Virus record (IMG/VR): IMGVR_UViG_3300032323_002843
Location: 23,909-87,908 of that record
Direction: 5' to 3' (one strand)
Source: a virus
DNA length: 64,000 bases
Shown: one piece after another, positions 27,409-37,655 of the stretch
Layout: each line of letters starts with the position of its first letter
Position numbering within the stretch: the stretch's first letter is position 1
Position numbers and translations under genes: made by a program
The notes under the pieces: generated by a model
The model's database searches: none
The model's input: only the letters and a program-made list of their open reading frames with translations
What the model was told of the DNA's origin: nothing

Positions 27409-29648
27409 AAGTTTAAGTTTAATGTTAATGAAATTATTTGTTCGTTGTTTGTTTTAATTAAATCACCTTTTGTTTTTTGGTAATAAATGGATGGCTGCGC
27501 AAACACATCACTTATTGCCAGTTTAAGTTCACCTTTATTTATTTTATGTAAGTATACTACATCTAAAACGTTTCTAGAATTTTCAAATATATCAGCATAT
27601 CCTTGGAAACCAACTGCTGATATTCTATCTCCTACTCTATTATAAGTAATGTTTAATGTTTCTTTTTTCTTGTGTAAATTAATACCACCATTAATAACGT
27701 AATTAGATTGACCTTGCATTTGTCTATTTAATCCTTTTACATTTGAATTCATTAAGGATGTATTAGTATAAAAATCAAACCATCCATTTATTTTCTTACG
27801 AATTTCTATTTCAACACCATATAACACAGCAGATTCTGGGTTAGTGTAGGTTAGTAGTAAATTAGATGGTACTGATCCGTCTGCTACTATTTGTTCAATT
27901 GGTTTGATAAAATTTTTACCAAATAAACTTACAGATATATTTTCACCTGCTTTTGGATATAATTCCCATTTTAAATCTAAATTATATATGTCAGATTTTT
28001 CTAGATTAGGATTACCTAACAATTGTGCATTACGTACAAAATCATAATAAGCAAAATTAGCTACTTCTCTAAATTCAGGACGTGCTAATGTTTTACTTAA
28101 TGAAAATCTATACTTTGTTTTTTCTAAATTGTAAGAAAGATTTAATGATGGAAGTGGATCTAAATACTTTCTATTTACATTTACTCTAGTACCACTAAAG
28201 TCAGCTGTTTGTACATTAAATAAATTGTATTCTGTTCTTAATCCAGTATTTAATTTCCATTTACCAAAATCTTTATCATACATTACAAACCCATTAGCTA
28301 AATCAAAATCAGCTGTGTATCTATCTGTATTATTAGTAATTTCATTTAACATATCAACAGCATCGTATCTGAATATTCTTGCTTGAAAGTTTCTTAAGCG
28401 TTTAACGTATCCACTTCCAACTTTAATATCACCAAAATCTTTACTAATGCTTCCATTAAAACTATTTTCATCCATTACACTCCAAAAACGATATGTATCT
28501 CTCCAAGCAACAGCATAAGGTTCATTTATACCTAATGATTTAGTGATTGGATTAACTCTATAGTCAGGTTGATCACGTAACATTAAATTATGTCCTAAAT
28601 TAATATCCCATGTTTTAATTTTAGCATCAAACTGAGTGTTAATAGATGTTTTAATGATATTGTTTGAAGAATTACTTCTAACATTTTGTACATTATCAAA
28701 ATTATCACCATTACGAGTTAAATAAGATTCTTCAACTTGGTTATTAAATAATGTTTTTAAGCTATAACGATTAACTCCTAAATAAGTTATGTTTAATAAT
28801 CCATTTAATGATTTTACATTAGTAAATGATGTGTCCTTATATTTGTAAGCTAATTCAGTTGATGATTGATAATCTTGTCTATCAATATAGTTTAATGAAT
28901 ATGAATTACGAGCTACAGAACTAAATAATACGTTCCAATTATTTTTCTTAACACCAAATGATAAAGCACCATTAGCATTAGGAATAGATATAAATTCTTT
29001 AGCTAATGGAGATGAAATTAACTTAGTATATGCTCTTTTATCTCCGTTTCCACTAATACGAAATTTGTATGTAGAAGGAAAATTAGATGGAAAATCAACA
29101 CGTTTAACCAATTTAAAGTTTTGATTTGTAGATATTAATCCATATCCACTACCTAAACTTAAATTAAGAAATTTACTAGATACTTCTTTAGTTGATACTT
29201 GAATTAACCCACCAGCAAAATCACCTGGTAGATTAGCTGTAGATGATTTATTTACAACTATATTATCTATTAAACTAGAAGGTATAATGTCAAATGAAAA
29301 TGCTCTACGGTCAGGTTCAGTAGAAGGAAGCAATGTTTTGTTTAACATTGCTAAATTGTAGCGATCAGCTAACCCTCTAACTAATACAAATTTATCGTTT
29401 TGTACCGTGACACCACTTACACGCTTTAAAGCATCACTAGCAGTTCTATCAGGTGTTTTTTTAATAAAATCAATTGATACACCGTCAGATACAGCTAGAT
29501 TATTACGAACAATGTTTATAACAGCAGCTTCAGTGGATTTTTTGCCTGTAGAACGAATTGTTACTTCAGACATTGTTTTATTAAATAAAGTATCTTGGGT
29601 AAAACCAAAACCAGGACACAATAGTAATAGGACTAATATGTATTTCAT
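27405..29648 (-). CDS. TonB-dependent outer-membrane receptor
   Basis: Signal peptide; plug motif ALKRVSGVT...VRGLADRYN...LPSTEPDRRAFSFDIIP...PGDFAGG; barrel motifs ARPEFRE, GNPNL, PIEQ, MQGQS. Confidence 0.92.
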   Translation of the reverse strand: MKYILVLLLLCPGFGFTQDTLFNKTMSEVTIRSTGKKSTEAAVINIVRNNLAVSDGVSIDFIKKTPDRTASDALKRVSGVTVQNDKFVLVRGLADRYNLAMLNKTLLPSTEPDRRAFSFDIIPSSLIDNIVVNKSSTANLPGDFAGGLIQVSTKEVSSKFLNLSLGSGYGLISTNQNFKLVKRVDFPSNFPSTYKFRISGNGDKRAYTKLISSPLAKEFISIPNANGALSFGVKKNNWNVLFSSVARNSYSLNYIDRQDYQSSTELAYKYKDTSFTNVKSLNGLLNITYLGVNRYSLKTLFNNQVEESYLTRNGDNFDNVQNVRSNSSNNIIKTSINTQFDAKIKTWDINLGHNLMLRDQPDYRVNPITKSLGINEPYAVAWRDTYRFWSVMDENSFNGSISKDFGDIKVGSGYVKRLRNFQARIFRYDAVDMLNEITNNTDRYTADFDLANGFVMYDKDFGKWKLNTGLRTEYNLFNVQTADFSGTRVNVNRKYLDPLPSLNLSYNLEKTKYRFSLSKTLARPEFREVANFAYYDFVRNAQLLGNPNLEKSDIYNLDLKWELYPKAGENISVSLFGKNFIKPIEQIVADGSVPSNLLLTYTNPESAVLYGVEIEIRKKINGWFDFYTNTSLMNSNVKGLNRQMQGQSNYVINGGINLHKKKETLNITYNRVGDRISAVGFQGYADIFENSRNVLDVVYLHKINKGELKLAISDVFAQPSIYYQKTKGDLIKTNNEQIISLTLNLNL

Positions 29649-29675
29649 TAAATGAATTTAATTCACTTATACGTA

Positions 29676-30461
29676 TTATTCTTTTATTTTAACACTTGTT
29701 GGTAATAATTCCGTCATAGGTTTAAAATCTGGGTTTTCTAGTTTATATATTTCGTATATATTTTTAAACATTTTAAAATTAGTTTCAATTTCATTTACGA
29801 ACTTTAATTCCCATCCTTTACCTTGTATCTTTCCGTTCTTTCCTTCACCACGAGTATTTGCTTTAACCCATAAGATACCTGTGTGAGTTACTTTCTCATC
29901 GTGTGTTTCATTCCATGCTTGAGCATAAGCAGCTAATTGTAAATCATAAGACGTATGTAAACTGTTCGATGTCTTAAGATCTAGTAACCATATGTTATCA
30001 AACATTCTAACAACTAAATCCGCTGTACCAGCATATTTGTGTTCGTCTGAGAATAAATGATATTCTGTTGCAATTAATTCTGGTTTATGTGTGTTCCAAA
30101 AATCAGCAAAACGTAAAATCATTTTCCAAACCTCAAGAGAGTACTTAGCACTCCCATCAGGATAAATCCAATTTATTTCTTCTCCATTTAAAAACGCATC
30201 TACAGCTGTGTGTACTTGAGTACCTTCACCTGCTGCTTTAGATGCAATAATATCACTATTATGTCCTACATCTTTCAACCAAGAATGGAAAAATTGATTT
30301 TTAGGGAAATAATTTAAAACAGATGTTACGGATGGATAATATTCACCATTACGTCTGTAGAATCTACTGTCTAAAACATTAACTTGTTTATCCCCTTCAG
30401 CGTATTCAACAATACGTTTGATTTTAGGATCTTTGATAATGTTTACATTTCTTTCGATCAT
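29676..30461 (-). CDS. PD-(D/E)XK exonuclease (Cas4/RecB-like)
   Basis: YPSVTSVL, GTQVH, YAGTADL, DLKTS and QLAAY motifs. Confidence 0.88.
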   Translation of the reverse strand: MIERNVNIIKDPKIKRIVEYAEGDKQVNVLDSRFYRRNGEYYPSVTSVLNYFPKNQFFHSWLKDVGHNSDIIASKAAGEGTQVHTAVDAFLNGEEINWIYPDGSAKYSLEVWKMILRFADFWNTHKPELIATEYHLFSDEHKYAGTADLVVRMFDNIWLLDLKTSNSLHTSYDLQLAAYAQAWNETHDEKVTHTGILWVKANTRGEGKNGKIQGKGWELKFVNEIETNFKMFKNIYEIYKLENPDFKPMTELLPTSVKIKE

Positions 30462-31399
30462 ATTAATTGTAATTTTTTCTCAAGCAAACTCTGTAAATTC
30501 AGAGGTTTTGTTTGCTCAATTGTGTTAAGAAATTGTTCAAAACCAATTTCATTAGCGTCTTTACCTTCCATTTCTACTAAATACACTTCTTTACCATACG
30601 ACATTAACTGTTCAGCTTGTTTTAAAGCATCTTTTCTAGCATCAGCATCTAAAGCAATATAAATACGATTAACAGAAGATTCGACTAATTTTTTCATTAG
30701 TTTATCATGTAATACTTTACCAAACAAAGGTATAACATTACGTTTGATAGTAAGTGCATCAAATATACCTTCAACAAGTATAATTGGTGCATCCCAGTTT
30801 ATATATAACTCCCATCCAATAACGTCTTTAGCGGATGTAGGAGGATTTTTATATTTTCTTAATGATGGTTCTTTGTAATCACGAGCAATAAAATAATTTA
30901 GTTTACCTAAACTATCATAAGATGGAATAACAACACGGTATTCATATTTTCCTTCTTTACAAAAACCAATATTATATTTTATAACGTCGTTTTGTGTAAT
31001 ACCACGTTTTTTTAAAAATTTTAAAGCGTGTTTGGCTTCAATTTGAGCAATTTTATTTTCAACTTCGTCTGATAGTGAAATAAATTCTTTAGGTAATTCA
31101 AGAGCGCCTTGTGCAACGTGTTCTTCTTTTTTAGAAGGAACAATTAAAATATTTAATTCAGCTATTTTATTTTGTGGTGCTTTAATTTTCTTAAATAATG
31201 TAAGCAATGTTTTACCCTTAGCACCACATACCCAACAATGCCAGAAATTTTCACGTTTTGATGTTGTACGTAAACTAATTTCCATCTTATTTTTGTGATG
31301 AGTACAGAATGGACATTTAAAAGCATAATTGCCTTTACTAGTTGATTGTCCTTTACCTAGCACTGATTCGACTAGGAATAATAGAGCTGTATTATCCAT
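30458..31399 (-). CDS. DNA primase (zinc finger plus TOPRIM)
   Basis: CPFC...WHCWVC; RVVIP; VEGIFDA; ALDADA; KDANE. Confidence 0.9.
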   Translation of the reverse strand: MDNTALLFLVESVLGKGQSTSKGNYAFKCPFCTHHKNKMEISLRTTSKRENFWHCWVCGAKGKTLLTLFKKIKAPQNKIAELNILIVPSKKEEHVAQGALELPKEFISLSDEVENKIAQIEAKHALKFLKKRGITQNDVIKYNIGFCKEGKYEYRVVIPSYDSLGKLNYFIARDYKEPSLRKYKNPPTSAKDVIGWELYINWDAPIILVEGIFDALTIKRNVIPLFGKVLHDKLMKKLVESSVNRIYIALDADARKDALKQAEQLMSYGKEVYLVEMEGKDANEIGFEQFLNTIEQTKPLNLQSLLEKKLQLI

Positions 31400-31426
31400 A
31401 ACCTGTAATATACGAAATAATTTTGC

Positions 31427-31849
31427 CTATAACAAGTCTTTGGTAAAAAATTTACCTAATATATTATCGTTATAGGATCTATGACTACCAATTAGAACTT
31501 CTTCTTTACACTGGTAGTGCATTTCGTAGTATGTTAGTTGTTTTTTAGTTGCGCACTGCTTATATATCCAACATTGGAAATTTTTTTCACCATGTTCTTT
31601 AATATCAGCGAGTAATTGCTTATTAGAACCCCAATATGTTTTCCAATCGCTTTCAACACGAATAATTTCGTGAGTTGGTTTGCGACCTGGTCCTGTTTGT
31701 TCTGCTAGTTGTTTTTTGGTAAGCTTATACTTTTTATTATTCCAAAACACTTTTTTACCAATATAAAACCTTCCAGTTTTAATATTAGTAATTTTATAAA
31801 CAAAACCATAATATTTTTCGGGATTTATTACATCCCAACTTTTCCATTT
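31427..31849 (-). CDS. GIY-YIG-like protein
   Basis: YGFVYKITN..TGRFYIGKK, ESDWKTYWGS, YNDNILG; start uncertain. Confidence 0.7.
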   Translation of the reverse strand, partial: KWKSWDVINPEKYYGFVYKITNIKTGRFYIGKKVFWNNKKYKLTKKQLAEQTGPGRKPTHEIIRVESDWKTYWGSNKQLLADIKEHGEKNFQCWIYKQCATKKQLTYYEMHYQCKEEVLIGSHRSYNDNILGKFFTKDLL

Positions 31850-32207
31850 AGATGTCATATTTTACAACAAATGTCATGTCCGTATCAGGGGATACCATAA
31901 TTGGTTTACCAAACTTAGCCACAGCTAATAGATTATCATTATCATCGTATAATCCGATTTGAGTAGCATATGTGTAGAAATCTGAGCCTGTAGCAAAATC
32001 TCTTACAGTACTATCGATTGATCCTGTTAAAGTATAACCGCCATTTCCATTAGATACTATATATTGGCTGCCTGATATACGCAGTGTTGAATTATAAGAT
32101 AAATTATAATCACTGTCTTTTACTAAACAACGCACCTCATTTTCATAAACGGTATGTTCGTTTTTGAATGATACTGTAAAAGAACCTGTATGTACTACTG
32201 CTGGCAT
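31848..32207 (-). CDS. Tail/baseplate structural module (tail-collar-like C-terminal domain)
   Basis: YATQIGLYDDNDNLLAVAK.GKPI, paralogous to the C-terminus of 35934-36947; own late motif at 32212-32219. Confidence 0.7.
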   Translation of the reverse strand: MPAVVHTGSFTVSFKNEHTVYENEVRCLVKDSDYNLSYNSTLRISGSQYIVSNGNGGYTLTGSIDSTVRDFATGSDFYTYATQIGLYDDNDNLLAVAKFGKPIMVSPDTDMTFVVKYDI

Positions 32208-32827
32208 GGATATAAATATTTATCTAGATTATCTTTCCAAAGAAATTTAGTTACATGTTCATTGTAGTTAGGTTGGTAAAAATATGGACTATCTTTAGGA
32301 GTTAAAATAACATGATTATTGGATTCCATAGCTAAAAAAAGATCTGTAAATTCCCCTTTTTCTAAAGCCATAGTAGATATGTCCGCTAGTGTTTGAGCAG
32401 ACTCAGCATTTGGAACAATGATAACCCCTGGTGCTAATACGTTATATGCTCTATAGTAAAAATCATCATATTCTTCTAATCGAATAGGAGCTTTCATTCC
32501 TCCGCATTCATATGTACTACCAGACCATATTATAGCCAATATATTGTCAGGAATATAGAATTCTTCAGGAGGATTAACAAATACGGCTGAATCATCTTCC
32601 ATATAAATAAAAGGGAATATGTTTATCTTTATTGATTCCTTCATTAGGTTAATAAAATCAATGCTCATTCCGTTTTGTCTAGGATGAGTTTTTGTATTAT
32701 AAGGGACTCTATTATATTTTAATCCTAATTCTTTACATTGGTTTTCAATAAATTCTTTTTCTCTAGTATAAAATTCATTATTAGGATAATAACCATGAAT
32801 ATCTTTAAATTTTATTATTGTAGACAT
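32195..32827 (-). CDS. Putative glycosyltransferase (GT25-like)
   Basis: FIYMEDDS motif and cluster position; weak similarity only. Confidence 0.5.
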   Translation of the reverse strand: MSTIIKFKDIHGYYPNNEFYTREKEFIENQCKELGLKYNRVPYNTKTHPRQNGMSIDFINLMKESIKINIFPFIYMEDDSAVFVNPPEEFYIPDNILAIIWSGSTYECGGMKAPIRLEEYDDFYYRAYNVLAPGVIIVPNAESAQTLADISTMALEKGEFTDLFLAMESNNHVILTPKDSPYFYQPNYNEHVTKFLWKDNLDKYLYPCQQ

Positions 32828-33570
32828 ATTTCGTTATTTTGTATATTAATTAATCTATTTTTATTTTCTAATAAAATCTTTTTATGGTTATCTACATCTA
32901 AACCAGGATAACGAGTTTCTCCAATCCCACCTTTATCACTTACTCCAAACATAAATTTTTCACAAGGAACTGTATATGGAGGATTAAAATGGAAATAAGT
33001 ATTTATATAACTTTCATCATTTACTCCAGGTTCGTAAGGAATTTTTTTATCTTCTAATTGCCATTCTCTAAGAGTAGTACAAAAATCAATCACACGATCT
33101 TTTTTACCACCAAAAAATGCACCGTAGTGGTAAGTGTAAGGTAAAGGACTATCTTCAGGAACATATGCTTTTGATTGAGGATTTCTATCAAAACCAGCTC
33201 CGTTTTTTAGCCAATCTCTATTACCATAATGTTCACCACCTACTAAGTCTCCAAGAAACCATTCGTCGGTAAAACCTGCATTTATATTAGTATCAGCATC
33301 AAAATAATATAAATAATCACTTTTACAATTAGATAAATTAATTATATTTTTGAATTTTGAATTAGTACCATCTACCCAACTAGTATGTTGTTCATGATGG
33401 TATTCTACATCAATATTATCTGGTAGATATGGTTTAGGATCTGTATCTGAGAAGAAATAAAATGTAATTTGCTTATCACCTTTATAGTAATGTGCAAATC
33501 TTTTTACAAATCTAATTCCTAAAACAAAATATGCATTTGTAGCTAGTATAACGATTCCTATATTAGACAT
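32815..33570 (-). CDS. Glycosyltransferase family 6 (ABO/alpha-1,3-Gal(NAc)-transferase-like)
   Basis: IGIVILATNAY, YYFDADT (DxD), YHYGAFFGG, NDESYINTYF (compare WHDESHLNKYF). Confidence 0.85.
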   Translation of the reverse strand: MSNIGIVILATNAYFVLGIRFVKRFAHYYKGDKQITFYFFSDTDPKPYLPDNIDVEYHHEQHTSWVDGTNSKFKNIINLSNCKSDYLYYFDADTNINAGFTDEWFLGDLVGGEHYGNRDWLKNGAGFDRNPQSKAYVPEDSPLPYTYHYGAFFGGKKDRVIDFCTTLREWQLEDKKIPYEPGVNDESYINTYFHFNPPYTVPCEKFMFGVSDKGGIGETRYPGLDVDNHKKILLENKNRLINIQNNEICLQ

Positions 33571-34514
33571 GATTTCTGGGCTGTTTCTTTAATTTCATTA
33601 AAATATAATTTAGAACAAAATTGTTCATCAAATGTGTCTTCAATATTGTATGGTAGTTGTTGTTGGTATATTCCTTTGTAAAAATGTTTTCCTGTTCCTG
33701 TCACACCAGCATTGTGAAATATAGTTGTTTCTTCCCATCTGTGTTTTGGGTCAGTAGCCCAACTAAAATCCATTTCAGGTACTACTTTAGTTTCGTTTCC
33801 TAACATCCATCCATTCCAAAGAACAGCCCACATATCAGCACACCATATTTGAAGTTCATGGTATGTTGGGTTTGCTGCTTTTTTAATATTATTTAATTCA
33901 GTTATTTCTTTAAATAGTTTTTCACTATCGCGTTCAACAAATTCCCAGAATGCCCAATCAACATTTTTCATTAGATATTGAGCACCCCCTGAATTTGAAT
34001 TCATTAAGCGTGGAATTAATGGGTTCATTTTAGTAATTTCACACATTTTATCATATACATCTAATCCTTTAGATATGATATAATCATAATTAATGTATGA
34101 ATTTGTATTGCTTAAATACCAAATTTTATCGCTTAAAAACGCATTAAAATCAGGCTTACGAGTAAATACAATATCACAATCATGATAGAAGATCGCCTCA
34201 GATTCCAATTGAGGATGCGCTTTAAAGTGCTGTTTTAATATATTAGGGCGTACAGACGAAATATAGTATATAGGTTGTTCTCTAGTATCTTGATAAAAGA
34301 AGAAACGAACCTGATTGTAATGTGCTGCTAGTTTATCCCAAGCATCAACATTAGCTTGAACTGATGTAGTTAAGTCGTTTGGATTCCAAGCAACAAGAAT
34401 ATCAATGTTGTTTGGGTTAATTCCATGTTTAATAAAATTATTAATCATTACTTCAACCTGCCAGGCATAATAAAGTAGCCTTGGTTGTACACAAATGTAG
34501 CGTAGATTTTTCAT
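33558..34514 (-). CDS. Putative peptidyl O-glycosyltransferase (GT95/GT96 HPAT/SERGT-like)
   Basis: Motif order YYAWQVEVMINNF, SVRPNIL, YHDCDIVF, GGAQYLM, WCADMWA, IFH parallels YFDWQ / NKP / DAD / GG / WISEMY of SERGT1 and HPAT. Confidence 0.65.
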   Translation of the reverse strand: MKNLRYICVQPRLLYYAWQVEVMINNFIKHGINPNNIDILVAWNPNDLTTSVQANVDAWDKLAAHYNQVRFFFYQDTREQPIYYISSVRPNILKQHFKAHPQLESEAIFYHDCDIVFTRKPDFNAFLSDKIWYLSNTNSYINYDYIISKGLDVYDKMCEITKMNPLIPRLMNSNSGGAQYLMKNVDWAFWEFVERDSEKLFKEITELNNIKKAANPTYHELQIWCADMWAVLWNGWMLGNETKVVPEMDFSWATDPKHRWEETTIFHNAGVTGTGKHFYKGIYQQQLPYNIEDTFDEQFCSKLYFNEIKETAQKSCLI

Positions 34515-34556
34515 AACCTAATATAAGTAATTTAATTTATAATTCCAAATTGTTTA

Positions 34557-35930
34557 TTACGGACACAGTGTTGTAGCAACAATGAATCCACCATTATCTA
34601 CTTGGTAGCTGTTTGCACCAGTTCCTTGAGAGTACCATTGGTTACCTCCTATTATAGGAGTCACTCCACACTCACCATTTACATATAATCTTGTAGGAGT
34701 TAAAGCATTGTCAGTATCAAATAATGTTAAACTTCCTAAATGAGCACATGCAGTGGCATTAGAAGGGTATAAATATATTTGTTGACAAGCAGCTGTTGTG
34801 GTAGTTGTTGTTGTACTAGTAGTAGTTGTTGTAGTAGTAGTTGTTGTTGTAGTCGTAGTTGGTGGTGGTGTTGTAGTTGTTGTTGTTGTACTAGTTGTTG
34901 TTGTTGTTGTAGGTGGTGGTGTTGTAGTTGTTGTTGTTGTACTAGTTGTTGTTGTTGTAGTCGTAGAAGGTGCAGTTGTAGTAGTAGTTGTCGTACTAGT
35001 TGTTGGTGTTAATGTTGTTGTGGTTGTTGTTGTAGAAGTTGTTGTAGGGGCTGTTACAATAGCAGTAACTTTAGCCTTATTACTTCTTAAAGTAATAGGA
35101 CAAGAACTAGCAACTTCAGCACTTATAGTATAGTAAATAGTATAAGTACCAACCATAGTAGTAGTTAACAAAACAGTACCGTTACTTCCTGTTGACCAAT
35201 AAGCTAAATCAGAAGCACTACCTGATAGTAATATTGAACCTGTATTTAAGGTTCCACTTCTTCCATCATCATTAAGCGATGCTGAAATTGTTTTTGGAGA
35301 GTCTGTAGTTAAAAAACTTCCACTATCATTTTTAGCTAGTGGAGGTAGAGGAAACATTAATTGATAATCTTGATTAGTTATAATAGCTAATCCTTGAGCA
35401 TAAAATATATTCCCAACATGAGTTTTACTTCCAGAGTAATCAAATAAATTTCCATAAGCATCATCTGTAATATTATATGCTGATGATGATAATTGAAAAT
35501 TGCCAGGAAGTACTTTATTACCAAAAACGCTTTGATTAATTGCTATTACACGAATCCCGTCCATTGCTCCTGTAGGGAAATTAACAATTAAATTATCGTT
35601 ATCATTGTAAATAAAATAAGAAGAAGTAGGACGTTGTTGAGAAGCAGACTGATAATTGTTTAGGGTAAACATTAACGAGCTTGTGTTTAACGAAGCTGTA
35701 TATGTTTGATAAAACATTTGGTTAACTTGAGCGTAAACTAAACGCTCATATTCACCTTCAGTAACAGGATCATTATCGGCAGAAAAAGCTCCTGTAACGT
35801 TTGTGCCTTTATAAATAGTTAAATAGCCAGATGAAGTAGGGTATGGACAATAAGGTAAAGTCCATTGTTTATTAGCTTGGTTTGCTACAACTGTAACGTC
35901 TGATCTGCTTAACTGTTTGAATGAAGACAT
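34557..35930 (-). CDS. Virion structural protein with an Ig-like domain, mucin-like Thr stalk and Cys-containing tip
   Basis: ITDDAYGNL...VGNIFYAQGLAIIT tail motif; PPLAKNDS...LNDD cadherin/Ig-like segment; 84-aa Thr tract. Confidence 0.8.
   Translation of the reverse strand: MSSFKQLSRSDVTVVANQANKQWTLPYCPYPTSSGYLTIYKGTNVTGAFSADNDPVTEGEYERLVYAQVNQMFYQTYTASLNTSSLMFTLNNYQSASQQRPTSSYFIYNDNDNLIVNFPTGAMDGIRVIAINQSVFGNKVLPGNFQLSSSAYNITDDAYGNLFDYSGSKTHVGNIFYAQGLAIITNQDYQLMFPLPPLAKNDSGSFLTTDSPKTISASLNDDGRSGTLNTGSILLSGSASDLAYWSTGSNGTVLLTTTMVGTYTIYYTISAEVASSCPITLRSNKAKVTAIVTAPTTTSTTTTTTTLTPTTSTTTTTTTAPSTTTTTTTSTTTTTTTPPPTTTTTTSTTTTTTTPPPTTTTTTTTTTTTTTSTTTTTTTAACQQIYLYPSNATACAHLGSLTLFDTDNALTPTRLYVNGECGVTPIIGGNQWYSQGTGANSYQVDNGGFIVATTLCP
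34794..35045 (-). repeat. In-frame Thr-rich low-complexity repeat (S-T7 and PPP units)
   Basis: 84 codons, about 68 Thr, mixed ACA/ACT/ACG/ACC codons. Confidence 0.95.
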
Positions 35931-35933
35931 GCA

Positions 35934-36947
35934 TTAATAGTCTAGTTTGATTCTAATTAGAGCTTCTTTAGTAAAGTCTTTTGTCAATGGTTGACTTAAT
36001 TTAGCTATAGCTAACAACTCATTATTATCATTATACATACCTACAGCAGTAGGGAATGTTTGAGGATTATCAATTAATGTAGTATATAATAAGTTACCAT
36101 TAGCATCTATAATAGATGGATTTGTTGTATAGTTAAATTCACTATTTTTTACTCTTGTGAAGAAATATCTTGAAGATACTGTTTCAGATGATTGTAAAGT
36201 AAAGCTACTTGTTGAAGATCCACTTACAATTGAATTATATAATCCTAAAGTATTATAACTTGCTGAAGAAGTACGCTGGTTCATGTTTGCAGAGCCAGTA
36301 ATATAAGGTAATAATGATGTTGATGATTGTGAAGTTGCGTTTAATACAATAACATTAAGATCAGGGAACATCATTCCATAATAAGAAGCAGAAGCAGCAG
36401 CTGTGTAACCAGTACCATTACTACCACTAATTATATAATATACTTCATTTTCACCAATAAAGCGAGTTAAATTTGTAGTACCGCTATCATCTGTTAAATA
36501 AATAATACTGCTACCACTCTTTAAAGCTAGGTTAAAAGAACCTGGTTGTAATGATTCTTTGTAGCGGTTACGAGCAAAGTTTAAAACAAATATTTGACTT
36601 GCTGTAGTAGCGCTGTTATCAAAGCTAAAATTTACTGTTTCAGTTCCGTAAACTAAGTTTCTATATTCTCCATATACAACACGAGAAGGAGTATATCCAC
36701 CTGTAGGAACATTATTATTAATTAGAGCAGAGCCGGATCCAAATAGGTTACCATATTGAATACTAAATTGTACAGCTGAGCTTGATAAAGATGGAATACC
36801 ATTATATACATCTAAATAATATTCAGATGTTGTGCTTTGGCTAACAAAATTACTTGAATTTGCATTTACATCTCCACTCCAAAAACCACGTATTACGGTT
36901 TCTGAGCTAATTACTGAATCTTCTGGGGTGTATCTTACGAATGACAT
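35934..36947 (-). CDS. Tail/baseplate structural protein
   Basis: RYKESLQPG, FFTRVKNSEFNYTTNPS, TAVGMYNDNNELLAIAKLSQPL. Confidence 0.75.
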   Translation of the reverse strand: MSFVRYTPEDSVISSETVIRGFWSGDVNANSSNFVSQSTTSEYYLDVYNGIPSLSSSAVQFSIQYGNLFGSGSALINNNVPTGGYTPSRVVYGEYRNLVYGTETVNFSFDNSATTASQIFVLNFARNRYKESLQPGSFNLALKSGSSIIYLTDDSGTTNLTRFIGENEVYYIISGSNGTGYTAAASASYYGMMFPDLNVIVLNATSQSSTSLLPYITGSANMNQRTSSASYNTLGLYNSIVSGSSTSSFTLQSSETVSSRYFFTRVKNSEFNYTTNPSIIDANGNLLYTTLIDNPQTFPTAVGMYNDNNELLAIAKLSQPLTKDFTKEALIRIKLDY

Positions 36948-36955
36948 AGTTTATA

Positions 36956-37618
36956 TTATATTGTTGATACTTTTTGAATATTAAGAGGAATTGTAATTCT
37001 AGCTCCACTATCTCTACCAATTACAGTAAAGGTTGTAGTTAATTGAGTTAAATTAGAACCAAATAATGTATTAATTGTAGTACCTGTTAATGTGAATGAA
37101 GTACCAACTTGAGTTACTGATAATACAGTTCCTGTAGTTGTGTTTAAATTTCCTGTAGGTTCAGTTGTAGTAATACCTGTACCTGTAAATGTAGATACTA
37201 AACGAGAATCAGCAATTGTTGCAGTGTATCCATTAGCTTCAAATGTACTTGTAGCACCTAAATAGTTAAGTGTTTGTGGAGTAATTGTTAATGAAGCACC
37301 TTGGCGTAAAGTGATACTGTTATAACCTAAGTTAATAACTGGTAGTTTAGATGTGCCACGAGGTAATGTTACTAATTTGTAACGCATTACTTGTGATTCG
37401 TTTGGAATAGCTTCTAATACTGGTGTATTTTCAATTGCTTCTCCATAATATGCAGAGCCTGATGGGTGGGTTGGATTATATAGAGTATAATCAATTTCAT
37501 CATCTGCTAATGCAAATTGTGTGATTTGAAATGAACCATCATTACGAGCCAATAATTCGCGGCCCTTCGTGGTTAATATTGCATCTACTGTAATTACTGT
37601 AGGATTTAAAATTGCCAT
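36956..37618 (-). CDS. Tail/baseplate structural protein
   Basis: VDAILTTKGRELLA...ITQFALADDEIDY; late motif at 37641-37648. Confidence 0.75.
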   Translation of the reverse strand: MAILNPTVITVDAILTTKGRELLARNDGSFQITQFALADDEIDYTLYNPTHPSGSAYYGEAIENTPVLEAIPNESQVMRYKLVTLPRGTSKLPVINLGYNSITLRQGASLTITPQTLNYLGATSTFEANGYTATIADSRLVSTFTGTGITTTEPTGNLNTTTGTVLSVTQVGTSFTLTGTTINTLFGSNLTQLTTTFTVIGRDSGARITIPLNIQKVSTI

Positions 37619-37655
37619 AGTTTCTTATTGTGTATATACTATAAATATGTTAAAT

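Noticed and set aside
29676-30461. Cas4-like nuclease suggesting a CRISPR system
   Set aside because: No array or other cas genes seen; typical phage exonuclease next to primase
34779-35133. Poly-Val and poly-Cys + strand ORFs; possible microsatellite or CRISPR array
   Set aside because: Reverse complement of the Thr codon tract; synonymous variation shows protein-level selection and there is no repeat-spacer structure
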